From Chiloscyllium plagiosum (taxonomy: Eukaryota): a stretch of 64,000 bases of DNA. Shown one piece after another: positions 27,301-39,436 of this stretch. The notes beneath the pieces are model-generated. The model was not told the origin of the DNA. It was given only the letters and a program-made list of their open reading frames with translations, and did not search any database. Where the stretch lies: assembly GCF_004010195.1 (NCBI RefSeq), contig NC_057719.1, positions 65,413,634-65,477,633 of the forward strand. Reading direction: 5' to 3'. Position 1 is the stretch's first letter; every line of letters starts with the position of its first letter. The position numbers were made by a program, and so were the translations under genes.

Positions 27301-27995
27301 TCTTTACCTTAATAGAATTCCCACAGAGACCAAGGATATTAAGCAAGAGGTTGAATTCCCAGCGATTGACTGCAAGGACCACACAGCAAGGTTTCAACTT
27401 TTAAGACTTCTATTCTAACAAATGACTTAAAAGCAATATTGTCTGAATATTATTTAGTATGCAACTAATACCACTAAACAGCAGAAAAGATATTTGCCTT
27501 TTAACTATGAATGTGACCAAAACCCCCATGCACAATTCATATTTTACATCCTACTCGCAGCTGGATAACAGTTTTCACAGGAACCGTTCTAACTTCACTC
27601 TCAATTTCTAATGGGCTCACATATCACTGCTTCAACAAGTTGGAACATTGAGTGGGACTTTTCGGAGAAGCTTTGACCGAAACCCAACAAAAAGGCTCAC
27701 TGAGGCCATTCTTCCCTTTACCACCCCCTCCCACGCTCCACCCCCCAACCCACCCACCTTGACCACACCAAAACATATCTTCCAGGTTCCTCAGATTGTC
27801 ACATGATGCATTCTTCAAGCAGAGTCCATTCTCTCTCTCACCTCTTTTTTTCTGTAGTTTGGAGAAAATGCCTCTGCTCTTTGCTGACCATACTAGCTCT
27901 TAATCGTTGTCCCTGTTAGTGTCTTCTGTCAAAGATGTCTATCCACAGTCAACACAGCTGCTCTGCCTTTGCTCTTCGATGTAAACATTTGAAAC

Positions 27996-28180
27996 AGAGT
28001 CATAGAGTCACAGAGATGTACAACACAGAAACAGACTCTTTGGTCCAGCTTGTCCATGCCGACCAATATCCTAAACTAATCAAGTCCCATTTGTCAGCAC
28101 TTGGTCCATATCCCTCTAAACCCTTCCTATTCATATACCCATCCAGATGTCTTTTAAATGTTGTAATTGTACCAGCCTCC
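27996..28180 (-). mobile_element. CR1 3' end
   Basis: EAGTITTFKRHLDGYMNRKGLEGYGPSA followed by the tail repeat. Confidence 0.9.
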
Positions 28181-30045
28181 TTGCATGTCATGCCATCCTT
28201 GCTCCAAGGAAGTCTCAATCTGGTCCTTCCTTTGCCAATAGTAACCAAGCCACAAAGCTTACTATGGGGAGAACTCATTACAGATCCCTCTTCACTCCTC
28301 CATTTTACTTTAGTATAAGGAAATAGATTAAAAGGTAGCAATCTTATAAAACTTCATGCTCATCACAACCTCCATTAAAGTCCATGAAGCTGGTATCAGA
28401 AGCTTGTTATTCTTCAGTACTTTCCTGTATTAAGTTAATCTTTTTAAAGGGTGTTCCTGATAACAATATGTAAATTTATCATTAATCCGCTGTATGACGG
28501 TATTAAGGGCTGAGTATGCTAATGAGCCAAGGATTCCCTTTATTCTAATTTTTCAAGTGGTTGCCAGGCGAAACTTTAGCTGTAGAAAGGCCTACAGAAG
28601 CATTTTGAAACTTCTAACAGTGATTTTAAATAAATAATTAACAAAGTTTTTTTTTAAAACAAACAAAGAAACATTGCATGACTGTAGTAAATGCATGACA
28701 TTCCCCATTAAGTATAATTTGCATGCATCCTACAAAAGGAAATGCATTGTTTCGATGGCCAGGATACACTCAGTTAATGAAGATGTGGAAAACCTTCGTG
28801 ACAACAACCTGACAGCGTACAAAAGACCAACACCCATACAAGGCAAGAACAAATAAGTTTGAAGTCCAGACTTTCACAAGATTATATCATCATAAGATGC
28901 AGAAGGATTGGCAAAACCCCTATTTATTGTGTATACACTTAGGCTCTTAAACTGGTACATCTTACAATTCTTCTTACTGTGTAAGTAGTTTTGTAACTAA
29001 CTAACGCGCACACATTTTCATTCCTTGCATATGTAATTTTATGTTGGTTACAAAAAAGGATGTTGTGTTACTGCTTCAAGATCTGAGTATGCTAATAAGC
29101 CAAGGACCAGGGTCACACCACATGAGCAGCATGCTTGACTGAGGATATCCACACAATTTGTACTCTAACTGCAAGTTATCCATTTATCTATTAAGTAAGC
29201 CTGTTTGGGATTTTCAAGTAAATCCAATCTCTAATCCATTATGAGAGGAGTAATCCTGTGTGAAGGAGCACAGCACAAAGTACAAAAAATGTTCAGTTCA
29301 AAAGAAGAAAAGGTTCAATCTCACACTCAAAAAATTCCTTTGCAAAATTCTTAAGATACTCAGACTTTTCCTCTAAGGAATTAAGATTTTGTTTTATGCG
29401 GTCCTAAATCAATCAAGTTTACTTTTGACATTTATAACCATGGCAAGTTTTGTGGCCAATTTGTCCAAAGCATTATTATGAATCTTTGTCTGACTTCCAG
29501 TTGTGATGTAGGTGGCTGAGTGGAGCAGCAGCCAACCCTTGTCACTGCTATTCACAAATAGTTCAGGATGCAATCAAACATCTCCAGGCATTTTACTAAT
29601 CTGTACTGGGATCTCCTGTGGCAATACGAGGTAGCTGGTGTGATGTCATGTATAAGGAAGAAACTAGTTTATTAAGTTATTTTGACATAATAACTATAAC
29701 TTTTAATTTCATGCACCACAAACTCACTCTAACCTACTTCAATAGCTTCTTGTGCTCCCAAACGTACTTCTGCCCACAAAAGACTTTTATTATATTTCTA
29801 AAAAACTTAGTTGATGACTCAAGTTTAGGGAATTTCACTCAATTCCAAATGCTTACAATGTTATTTAAGCCTTTTTACACATTGTAGTTCACAAGTTTAT
29901 AAAGTCAAGGAGAAGTTATATTAATTTTCTATCCTGGCTAAAAGTCTTTGCTGTAATGTTACTCAACATATCTGTTCCCTTCCTTCTGGATGTTTCCTTT
30001 GATGTCTCCCAATTGTAAACAGGGTTCTCATTTTGTCTTCACTTA

Positions 30046-30375
30046 CAGTGGTGGCATGTTGGTTCAATGGTTAGTACTGCTGCCTCTTAGTGCCAGGGAC
30101 CTGGGTTCGATTCTAGTCTCTGACAACTGTTTATGTGGTGTTTGCATGTTCTCTCTGTCTCTGGGTGCTCTGGTTAATTCTGCATGTTAAGTGGATTGAT
30201 CATGCTTTATTGTTCTGTAGTGTCCAAGGATTTGTAAGCTAGGTGAATTAGCCATAGTAATTGTGGGGTTGTAGAATATGGGGGTTGCTATGGGTGAGAT
30301 GCTCTTCGGAGAATTAGGGCTGACCTGAAGGGCCGAATGGCCTCTTTCCACACTATAAGGATTCTATATGATTCA
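30046..30375 (+). mobile_element. HE1-type V-SINE, diverged
   Basis: tRNA-like head with GGTTCGATTC, a partial V-domain, and tail gggccgaatggcctctttccacactataagg. Confidence 0.75.
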
Positions 30376-31909
30376 TAGAATTTACTGTTCATGATATTAA
30401 GTCCTCTGGACGTTGGTAATTTGTCAGACTTATTCTCAAAGCAACTTCAAGGTAGGCAACTCATGGGAGACCCTGGCTTGTGATAGACCAAAACAGAGAA
30501 GGCAATTCAGATAAATGCCACAATAGAATTAAATTGACCTGCAATGTGGAACTTCCAAATCTAAATGCATCCCTGATCCTCATCCATTCACTATTACCCA
30601 GCACCATAAGAGCCAATTGGCTACACCATACATGGAGTATAGTGCCATTGTTCCCTTAATAGGTTTGCCCAGCTAAATCATTGTCAGAGAAATTTAGTTT
30701 CCTCTGCTAGAGGGCATGATTCATAAATCAATTCAACATGAGCATGGGTGCCTTATCAGACAATCAAATGGGCTATTTGTCTTTCATTAGATCATGAAAT
30801 TGCTCTCCATTTCTAATTTATCACCTTATAGCAGGTAAGGGGGAGACGTTTTCTGCAGTTATGAGTTAATGGGTCATGGGTGGTGTGACACTCGGAGCAA
30901 ACGCTGGAGAAATATGACCAGATTTGTCTGATTAGAGATATCAGGAAATACAGAGGGAACCTGAAGGGAAATTAAATTTATGTACCCCTTAAGAACATTG
31001 CAAATATGTTTGAGTTTATCCATGTGAATTCAGAATTCTGGCACAATTTGCGAGTGCAGGGGAGTTTGGAAGATGTAAGTTGTCTCAAAAGACGTCTGGT
31101 TCAGTGGAATTATATAAATCTCGACTATCATTTTCCACACTAAATAGCTACTGCACTGTCTATGGTGTATTAACCCACCCTAATGCAACCAGCCTTGAGA
31201 ATGTATTTGCAAGAATCCATCAGAATTTCCATTTCCAAATGTCTTCCAGTCCTTTTACAAATTCAATATTACTACAAAAGCCTTTCACAGATAAAAACAA
31301 AAAAAAAAGGCAGGTGGAACTGCTATTTTAGGTATTTTAAGTGTTTAATAAATTTTTCACTCCCCAAAACGAAATTATATATTTTGACAGTATTCTACCC
31401 AAGACACTTTGAAATCTGGTGGCAATATTACAATGAAATACAATCACCTCATCTACCTAATTGCATTCATTTTGTAAATATTTCAACATGGAATAGAATG
31501 GCTTTCCAGATAATATATCTATTCATTACAAAAAAACTGTACAATTGCATTTTTAGAAAAGTGATGCAACATTGATTTCCAATACTAACATCTGAAATGG
31601 AGCAATTTTTTAAAAATCGTACAGAGCATTTTATTTTCTTTTTTGGGTATCTGTGTTACATAGTGTAACACAATGTTATCCAGTATAACCTGAAAAGCCC
31701 CAAATTCTTCTTTAATATTCTGGCATTTTTGTCTATTATTACATTTGTCAAGACATGAGTTGTATCCATTCGGAATGTGAAATCCATGGTACCCAATAAA
31801 TAAATATATACAAAATCATTTTACTCATATTCAAAGGTAAGTATGGATTAAATAAACAATTGCTAAGAGTTCATCCCAGTCAGTTAATGCTCACATTGAA
31901 AAATAAATC

Positions 31910-32225
31910 AGTAACTTGCATTGATGTAGTGTGAGTTTCATGACTTCAGGATATCATGAAGAATTTCCCGGTTACTTAAACATATTTGAAATGTAATTAC
32001 TGTTGCAATGTAGGCAAATAGAGCAGTCAGTTTTCTTTATATCAAGTTCCCTTAAACAGCAAAAAGGAAAAAGAACCAAATAATTGATATTCGGTTATGT
32101 TGGTAAAGAGATAAGTCAAAATCCCAGGTGAAATTCCTTAGGCTTCCTGGAACTGTGCAGATGGGATCCTTTATATCTGTCTAAGAGGAAAGATTAGGCC
32201 TTGTTTGTATATTGCATTGAAAAAT
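31910..32225 (-). mobile_element. Ancient Deu-domain-type SINE remnant
   Basis: Resembles the SacSINE1/DeuSINE body and L2-like tail as recalled; similar to 50860-51140. Confidence 0.4.
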
Positions 32226-32900
32226 AAACCAATGCAACAAATTTACAGAGCAACATGAAAACATTTTCTTCATGGGACAGTTGGGAATAGAATCTGCTGG
32301 AACTTGTTTGACATTAGTTGATGTTAGTTAAAAGTTCCCCCTGTTCAGCAAAACTGAAAGATATTTGTGAATTGATGGGAGAAGAGAAGAGAATGCACCA
32401 TCAGTACAACAGACAGCAGTTTGATAATATTTGCTTGGCTCAGCATGTAGGAAAGACTGTGTAGAGTGAAAGTTCCCTGGTTGCATATACATTCTGTGCG
32501 CCTCTCGAATCATTAAAGGTGGCGCCTGAGGTTGGAAATTTGTGACCTAGATTTCTTGGAACGATATGACAATTTATCACATCTATGACAACATTTAAAA
32601 TAGCTTATTTTTGTTTAGAGTTCTTTTGACAAATTGCAGAACAAATTGCATAATGTGTTGCTGAGCAAAATCCTTTGCAGCTTTTACCAGAAGCAGAACA
32701 CATTTAGATATACTGATTTTATTGTGTCATGCCTATTAAAGATAAATGGGTGCTGACAAAACAACTTGGAGGTTATTTGAACTTTGGGCTAATACGAATT
32801 GAGTGTTCAGTAGGGCCCTGTCTGAATTTTCGCATCAGTTGACTTTAATGGTGAAAGTCGGTTTCCTCATTTCCTCAGTCCAAAAAAGACTTTAATGGTT

Positions 32901-33218
32901 GGGTGGCACAGTGGCACAGTGGTTAGCACTGTTGCCTCACAGCGCCAGAGACCCGGGTTCAATTCCCGCCTCAGGCGACCGACTGTGTGGAGTTTGCACG
33001 TTCTCCCTGTGTCTGCGTGGGTTTCCTCCGGGTGCTCTGGTTTCCTCCCACAGTCCAAAGATGTGCAGGTCGGGAGAATTGGCCATGTTAAATTGCCCGT
33101 AGCGTTAGGTAAGGGGTAAATGTCGGGGTATGGGTGGGTTGCGCTTCGGCAGGGCGGTGTGGACTTGTTGGGCCGAAGGGCCTGTTTCCACACTGTAAGT
33201 AATCTAATCTAATCTAAT
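32901..33218 (+). mobile_element. HE1-type V-SINE, young and full length
   Basis: Intact A and B boxes, CpG-rich V-domain, and tail gggccgaagggcctgtttccacactgtaagt(aatct)3. Confidence 0.95.
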
Positions 33219-33396
33219 ATCAAGTGTGGTGTATAATAGTTTGGCTAATTTGTAACTGTTCTTTCTTTTCTATCACTCAAAGTTCAGCTTGTACTTTATA
33301 ATTGCTATTTGAGACAAGAATTAAGGAAAATAACCAAAAGCTATGCATGCACTGGTGCAATTTGCACTTTACATCATCTCATAGAATAGAATAGGT

Positions 33397-33780
33397 AAAA
33401 ACAATGACTGCAGATGCTGGAAACCAGATTCTGGATTAGTGGTGCTGAAAGAGCACAGCAGTTCAGGCAGCATCCAAGGAGCAGCGAAATCAACATTTCG
33501 GGCAAAAGCCCTTCATCAGGAATAAAGGCAGAGAGCCTGAAGCGTGGAGAGATAAACTAGAGGAGGGTGGGGGTGGGGAGAAAATAGCATACAGTACAAT
33601 AGGTGAGTGGGGGAGGGNNNNNNGGGTTGAAGTGTTCTGAGGCGGAAGATGAGGCGTTCTTCCTCCAGGCATCTGGTGGTGAGGGAGTGGTGGTGAAGGA
33701 GGCCCAGGACCTCCATGTCCTCGGCAGAGTGGGAGGAGGAGTTGAAATGTTGGGCCACGGGGCGGTGTGGTTGATTGGGT
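33397..33780 (-). mobile_element. Penelope-like element 3' end: GIY-YIG C-terminus, 3' UTR and terminal repeat with hammerhead motif
   Basis: PVAQHFNSSSHSAEDMEVLGL...EEERLIFRLRTLQP, followed on the minus strand by CTGATGA-A-GGGC-TTTT-GCCC-GAAA (33496-33519). Contains a 6-N gap. Confidence 0.9.
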
Positions 33781-33959
33781 TGAAGACTTTAAGCTGCTGA
33801 CTGCACGTTGAGTTACCTCCAGAGTATCTCAGCCTGTAAGCTTCTGCGTGTGAACTATCCCTGAGGCTTCTTCCTCCATTCTCTAAGTAAAGCTCTTCAA
33901 CTTCTTTTGTGCTTTAACACTCCTTTATTTACTTCTGTACATTGTAGATTATCAAATAT

Positions 33960-34166
33960 TCATTGCCACAGAAGGCTGTGGAGGCCAGGTCATTGAGTGC
34001 ATATAAGATTGAGATCGATAGGTTCTTGAATATCAAGGGAATCGAGAATTACGGCAAGAAATTGGGAGAATATGATTGAGAAACTTATCAGTCATGATTG
34101 AATGGTGGAGCAGACCCAATGGGCTGAAGGGCCTAATTTCTGCTCCAATGTCTAATGGTCTTATGT
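33960..34166 (+). mobile_element. CR1 3' end (tcttatgg-tail family)
   Basis: ttgccacagaaggctgtggaggcc...tgctccaatgtctaatggtcttatg. Confidence 0.85.
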
Positions 34167-34449
34167 AGCTCTCTAGCCCAGAGTCTAAGACCTTTCACTT
34201 TGCACATTCATTCCAGACTTTTGACTTCTCTTACTGATGTCAAACGTATGTAATCAGTTACATTATCATGACTTACATAAATCTCAATATATTACACAGT
34301 CATCAATGCCCTGATATTAACATAGATCATCTTTTGAAGTGAAATAGAAATCATGAATTGAAAAAGAGTTATTTATTTAGTCAAGCTAATCACTAATACA
34401 AAATGGGTCAAATTAGGTGTCACAAGGCTTCAACCAGCATGTAGAATTG

Positions 34450-34590
34450 GTTTTGACAAAGGGTCACTGAACATGAAACATTAACTCTGTTTCTGTCTCC
34501 ACAGATGCTGCCAGACTTGCTGAGTTTCTTCACCACTTTGTGTTCTTGTTACACAGCTCCAACATCTGCAGTTCTTAATTTTATTTTATA
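34450..34590 (+). mobile_element. Older Penelope terminal repeat (family C)
   Basis: ttgacaaagggtcactgaacatgaaacattaactctg...cagatgctgccagacttgctgagtttc...catctgcagt. Confidence 0.65.
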
Positions 34591-35479
34591 GAGTTATATT
34601 ACCCAGACATATATTACCCTACCCAGATTTACAATGAACAATTGTTGTTCTTCCAGTACCAGTTTTGTATCAGTAAGTATGAAAAAGAGTTCTGTAACAT
34701 TTAATTAGTGGTACATGTTGTCCAAAACTAATCACATTTCTCGCAAATCATTGCTAAATCCTTGAGTCATATAAATGAATTAAAATGGAAATGATTTGCA
34801 TTTTTGGGGGTAGTGATTCCTTATGTATCATTGGTGTTGAACACAATAAGATGTTTCTTCCTATGATACGGCTGTAATAAATCAGAGGAATTAATTAAGA
34901 CTTTTGTTCTATTGCGTCAAAACTATTAATCCATTCCACCTGTTGGTTGTATGTAGCAGCTGATGAGAAAGAATGCTGGGAGAGCACGATGACACTAACT
35001 GGGTTCAAGCCAAAAAAGCTTTTAATTTAGGATATCTCAAAATTTTTTACCATAACGGTTCCTCGTTCAAAAATGATGATTTTATTTCCATGAGAAATTT
35101 GTAAAGAATGCAGTAGTACTGCATAATTATTTCATTTATGTTTCTGTTTAGATTTAAATCTTTAAACAAAAGGATAACCAACAGAATGTTGACCAAAGCC
35201 TTTTGCTCCCGTGAAAGGTTCCAAAATTTCACTTATCTAACTACAAAATTTGTATCGAAAGAAAGCCACAGGAATGCTTTAGATAACATTCTGTTGCCAT
35301 GGTGAGAATTTTAAGTATACTCGTTTACAGCAGGAAGTTTAGCTTTAGCTAGCCTATAGCAACTCAATGAGACTTAGCTTGTTGTTTTGTTTACTCTGGT
35401 ATTATTCTGTTGTTTGTCTTAAGCTATGTGCACGGCTTCAGTCAGGCTCAGCACACTTGACACATTACTTTGAGCAAGT

Positions 35480-35688
35480 CATGATTTCGAGGTGCCAGTG
35501 TTGGACTGGAGGTGTACAAAGTTAAAAATCACACAACACCAGGTTATAGCCCAAGAAGTTTATTTGGAAGCACTAGCTTTCAGAGCACTGCTGAACCACC
35601 ACCTGATGAAAGAACAGAGCTCCAAAAGCTAGTGCTTACAAATAAACCTGTTGGACTGTAACCTGGTGTTGTGTGATTTTTAACTTTG
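35480..35688. mobile_element. Penelope-derived foldback mini-element (family B) with 13-bp TSD
   Basis: 70-bp inverted arms at 35517-35586 and 35619-35688 (63/70 by hand); CTGATGA at 35603. TSD actttgagcaagt at 35467-35479 and 35683-35695. Confidence 0.85.
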
Positions 35689-36789
35689 AGCAAGTTCTCA
35701 ACGTTCATCAGAAGTGACGTCTTTCAGATACAACAGTAAATGTAAAACAAATTGCATTTTGCAAGGAAGAGGAAATGATACTTCCAGTTTGTGATCAATA
35801 TTTGTCTCTTAACCTACATCACAAAAGAAATCAGCATTTATTTGATGTGTGTAGGACCTTGCTTGTGCAAATCATTTTAAAAAACATTCTTTTATTGGAT
35901 GTGAGCACTATCAAATGTACACATATTGGCATCTATGTCTTGGACTGTCCTGAGTACATGAATGATGCCATATCAAAACAAGTTCTTTAATTTGATTTGT
36001 TTCCTGAATTGATCCTGTGAAGTGCCTTGGAACGCTTTATTAACTTAAAAGTCACAATAGAAATTATGTTGTTGTTTGTCATTAAATGCCTAAATAAATT
36101 CCATATTGTCACATAATTGAATAGTGAACATAGGAACAATATGTTATGGCACACACTGCACTAATACTAGTTCCAAGAACTTCAGGCAAAGAGATTTCGA
36201 ATCAGGAGATGGAAAGTTCAGGCTATTTCTATTTTTAACTCTCAACTGCTAATTTAATTTTATAGTTTGGATATTTATTTCTTATTTGAACAAACACAAT
36301 ACAGAAACTGGAAGGCTCATGGGAAACAGTTTTGCGTTGACATTAACATTGTCATGAAGATGCGCTTACATTGAATATCAACTTTTAATTCATCAGTTGA
36401 AAAAGGAATTAAGCTTTTAATAAATCTGTTGAAACAGAAAATTCAACTCACAGCTCAAAGTGGTTGGATTCTAACTTATAGCATTGATGGTTTTACATTC
36501 CAACCCTACTGAAACTAAGACAGCAAGTCAACAAAATTCCTGCAAGATACCTTAAAGATGTTTTAAGTTGTTCTATTAATAATACAGCTGTGAGAAAATA
36601 TTTGGAGTATTCATACATTGAAGATTCACCATTAAATATTAATTACTTGGACAATGACACCTATGGGTAAGATGAGGAAACTCCCAAATCAGACCTATTC
36701 CTATTACAGTCAGAACATGCAATCATTCTTGGATCACTGGATTTTGTAAAGTAAGATGCCATAACAAACCAATGTCTGTTGTGTCTTTT

Positions 36790-36935
36790 AGGCCTATCAA
36801 GTCCTCTGAAGAGCAGTCCACCCAAACCCGCTCCCTACCATATCGCCATAACTCTGCATTTCCAATAGCTAAGCAAGCTAGGCTGACTGTGGGAGGAAAC
36901 CACAGCATCCGGAAGAAACGCATGCAGAATGGAAT
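36790..36935 (-). mobile_element. HE1-type SINE fragment
   Basis: gactgtgggaggaaaccacagcatccggaagaaac is the reverse complement of the V-domain. Confidence 0.55.
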
Positions 36936-36939
36936 GTTC

Positions 36940-39200
36940 ATGTGAACATAAGAATTAGGAGCAGGCACAAACCACTCAACTTCTGAAGCGTGTTTCAAGT
37001 TTCAATAGGATTGTGGCTAATCTGGTGAGTCCAAACAAAAACCTAGCCTCCCTCCCCCATCATTTTTCAGATCCTGCTCATGAGGAATCAGTCTAACACT
37101 GTTTTAAAAATATTTACACCCCCTCTTTGTAAAAGAGATTTCCAAAGACTCATGTCCATCTGTGACAAAGCATTTCTCTTCATCTTTATTTTAAACAAGT
37201 GTCCCCATATTTTTAAACAAGTGTCCCCTTATTTTTAAAAAGTGAACTCTATTTCAGATTTGGCCACAGGAAGAAACATCCTCTCCACTTCCATCCCACT
37301 CAGACCCCTTACGATCTTATATGTTTCAATCAAGCCAACTTCTGAACTCCAGAGCATACAAATCCAGTCTGTCCAAATTTTCTTCAGAATACAATCCATA
37401 CATTTCAGGTTTGTAAACATTCTCTGAACTGTTTCCAATGTGTTTAGATCCTTTCTGAGAAAATGGCCACCAATACTGCAATGTGGTTTCACCAATTCCC
37501 TTCATCTCTTCATTTCCTTTGACTTAACCTCTACACACAATAATTGACAACATTCTTTTAGCTTTCCTATCTACTTGCTATACCTGCAAATTGACCTTTT
37601 GTGCTTTATGCACTGGGACACCTACAACCTTCTGCATCCCAAAGATCCACAATTTCTTTTATTCTTCCTGCTAAACCAGACAACTATACTTCATTTGCCA
37701 GATCTTGGTGCACTTACTTAACCTAGTTATATCCCTTCATAGCTTCCTATGTCATCTCCACAACTTGCTTTCTTTACTGTTTGTGTGCCATCAGTAAATT
37801 TGGCAACGATTCCTTCAACAAAGTAATTCAGATGAATTGTGAACAGTCAGGGCTCCAGCACTGATCAATGTGGCACACCACATGTTACATCTTTCCAATC
37901 AGAATATTACCATTTATGATTACTCCCTGTTTCCTGTTAACTAGCCAAGCTTCTATCCATGCCAACAGCATGTTACCCCCTACAGCATGAGCTTTTATTT
38001 TCCACAATAACCTTTGATGTGGCACTTTATCAAATTCATTCCTCAAGCCTAAGCGCAGTTCATCCACCATTTCTCCTGTATCTACATTCAATGTTACTTC
38101 CTCAAAGAAATCCAGCACATTAATTCAAACTGATTTCCCTTTCTCAGAGCCCTGTGTAATAATCTTAAAATTTTCTCTAAGTGCCCTGCTATAACATCTT
38201 AAATAATAGCTTCCAACACCTTCACCATGACAGATGTTAAGCCAACAGTTTCTACTTATTGTCTTCTTTGCTTCTTTGAGTGCAGGAGTTATCATTTGCC
38301 CTTTATAATCTAATGGAAGCTTCCACATATCAAGAGAATTTTGTAAAATTAAAACCAATATAACTATTATTTCACTGCCACTTCTTTTAATAACTAAGGC
38401 TAAAGTCCATCAGGTCTCAATGAACTGAAAACCCACACCTGCAACCATGCGGTCAGTATCATTTCTCTGGTGCTTCTTGAGTTCCTCCAATCATGCCACC
38501 TCCTGATTTATCCTCACATGGTGAAGATTGTACAAATTATTTCAATGTTCAAATTATCTGCTATCATTTTCCATTATGAACTCCTCAGATTTACTCCTTA
38601 TAGAATTAACATTCACTTTGTTAACTCATTTTCTTTTAAAATGTCCATAGGAGTTCTTACTACTCTGTTTTTATATTCTAAGCTCATTTTCTCTCATACT
38701 CTAAATTTCCCCTCCTTATTAATCTTGTAGTGATTTTCTGTGTTTTTTTAAACATTTTGTCCAATGTTCTGACCTGCCATGAAGTTTGCACAACTGTATG
38801 CATTTTCTTTACCTCCATTTTTAATATTCTTTGATTAACTACAGACAGTGCATCCTCCTCCTTGATATGTTTTCATTGGAATGCATCTACTCTGTGTGTT
38901 TTGAAAAAGACCCTTAGTTATCTACCACTGTGTCTTTACTGATCTGTCCCTTAACCTAATTTGCCACTTGCTTTAGCTGGCTCCGTTTTCACTCCTCCTT
39001 ATTGTCCTTAAATAAATTCATTTTTCTCGCCTTTGATCCATTCCTCTCTCCCTCAAATTGCTTATAAAATTAACTTCTGAGCTGCTCATTGCTATCTAGG
39101 GACAAATTCACTATGAGATTATTAATTAATGATATCTCATTGTGCAAAATGAGGTCTAGTATAGCGTGCTGTTTGGTTAGCTCCAAACTTTTTCTGTTCT
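36940..39200 (-). mobile_element. Old CR1 LINE ORF2 remnant
   Basis: LDFFEEVT...FDKVPHQRLLWKIKAH..WIEAWL and LETVQRMFT; many frameshifts. Confidence 0.85.
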
Positions 39201-39376
39201 AAGAAGTCAGCCAGGTTTCACGATGGGGTCTGACTTATCCAGGATTATCATCAGCTGGTGTACAACAAAGAAGACAACTAAATTCAGCATCTAAATCTTT
39301 AAACTGGAAATTTCAAGACCATTGATTTCAAATTGAAGCCAGTTGACTCAGCCAAACTATGAACTGTATGATCTGT

Positions 39377-39436
39377 CTGTGTGTGTGTGTGTGTGAGGGA
39401 GGGGTGGGGGGTGTTGGGGGTGGGGGTGTGTTGGGG
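39377..39436. repeat. (TG)n microsatellite plus G-run tract next to an N gap
   Basis: Directly visible. Confidence 0.85.

Noticed and set aside
27720..27760. G-quadruplex-like C-rich tract (G-rich tracts also near 39400 and 42100)
   Set aside because: Low-complexity runs are common and nothing points to a function.
31825..31842. Strong donor AAG|GTAAGT
   Set aside because: No convincing upstream acceptor or coding frame.
32841..32899. 12-bp direct repeat gactttaatggt around 35 bp ending in A6
   Set aside because: Could be a micro-insertion, but it is too short to assign a source and it abuts a SINE.
32901..32975. tRNA gene
   Set aside because: The A/B boxes continue into a V-domain and a LINE-like tail, so it is a SINE head. 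The same holds at 5102, 30046 and 58520.
37185..37240. 23-bp tandem duplication
   Set aside because: Ordinary slippage inside a dead CR1.
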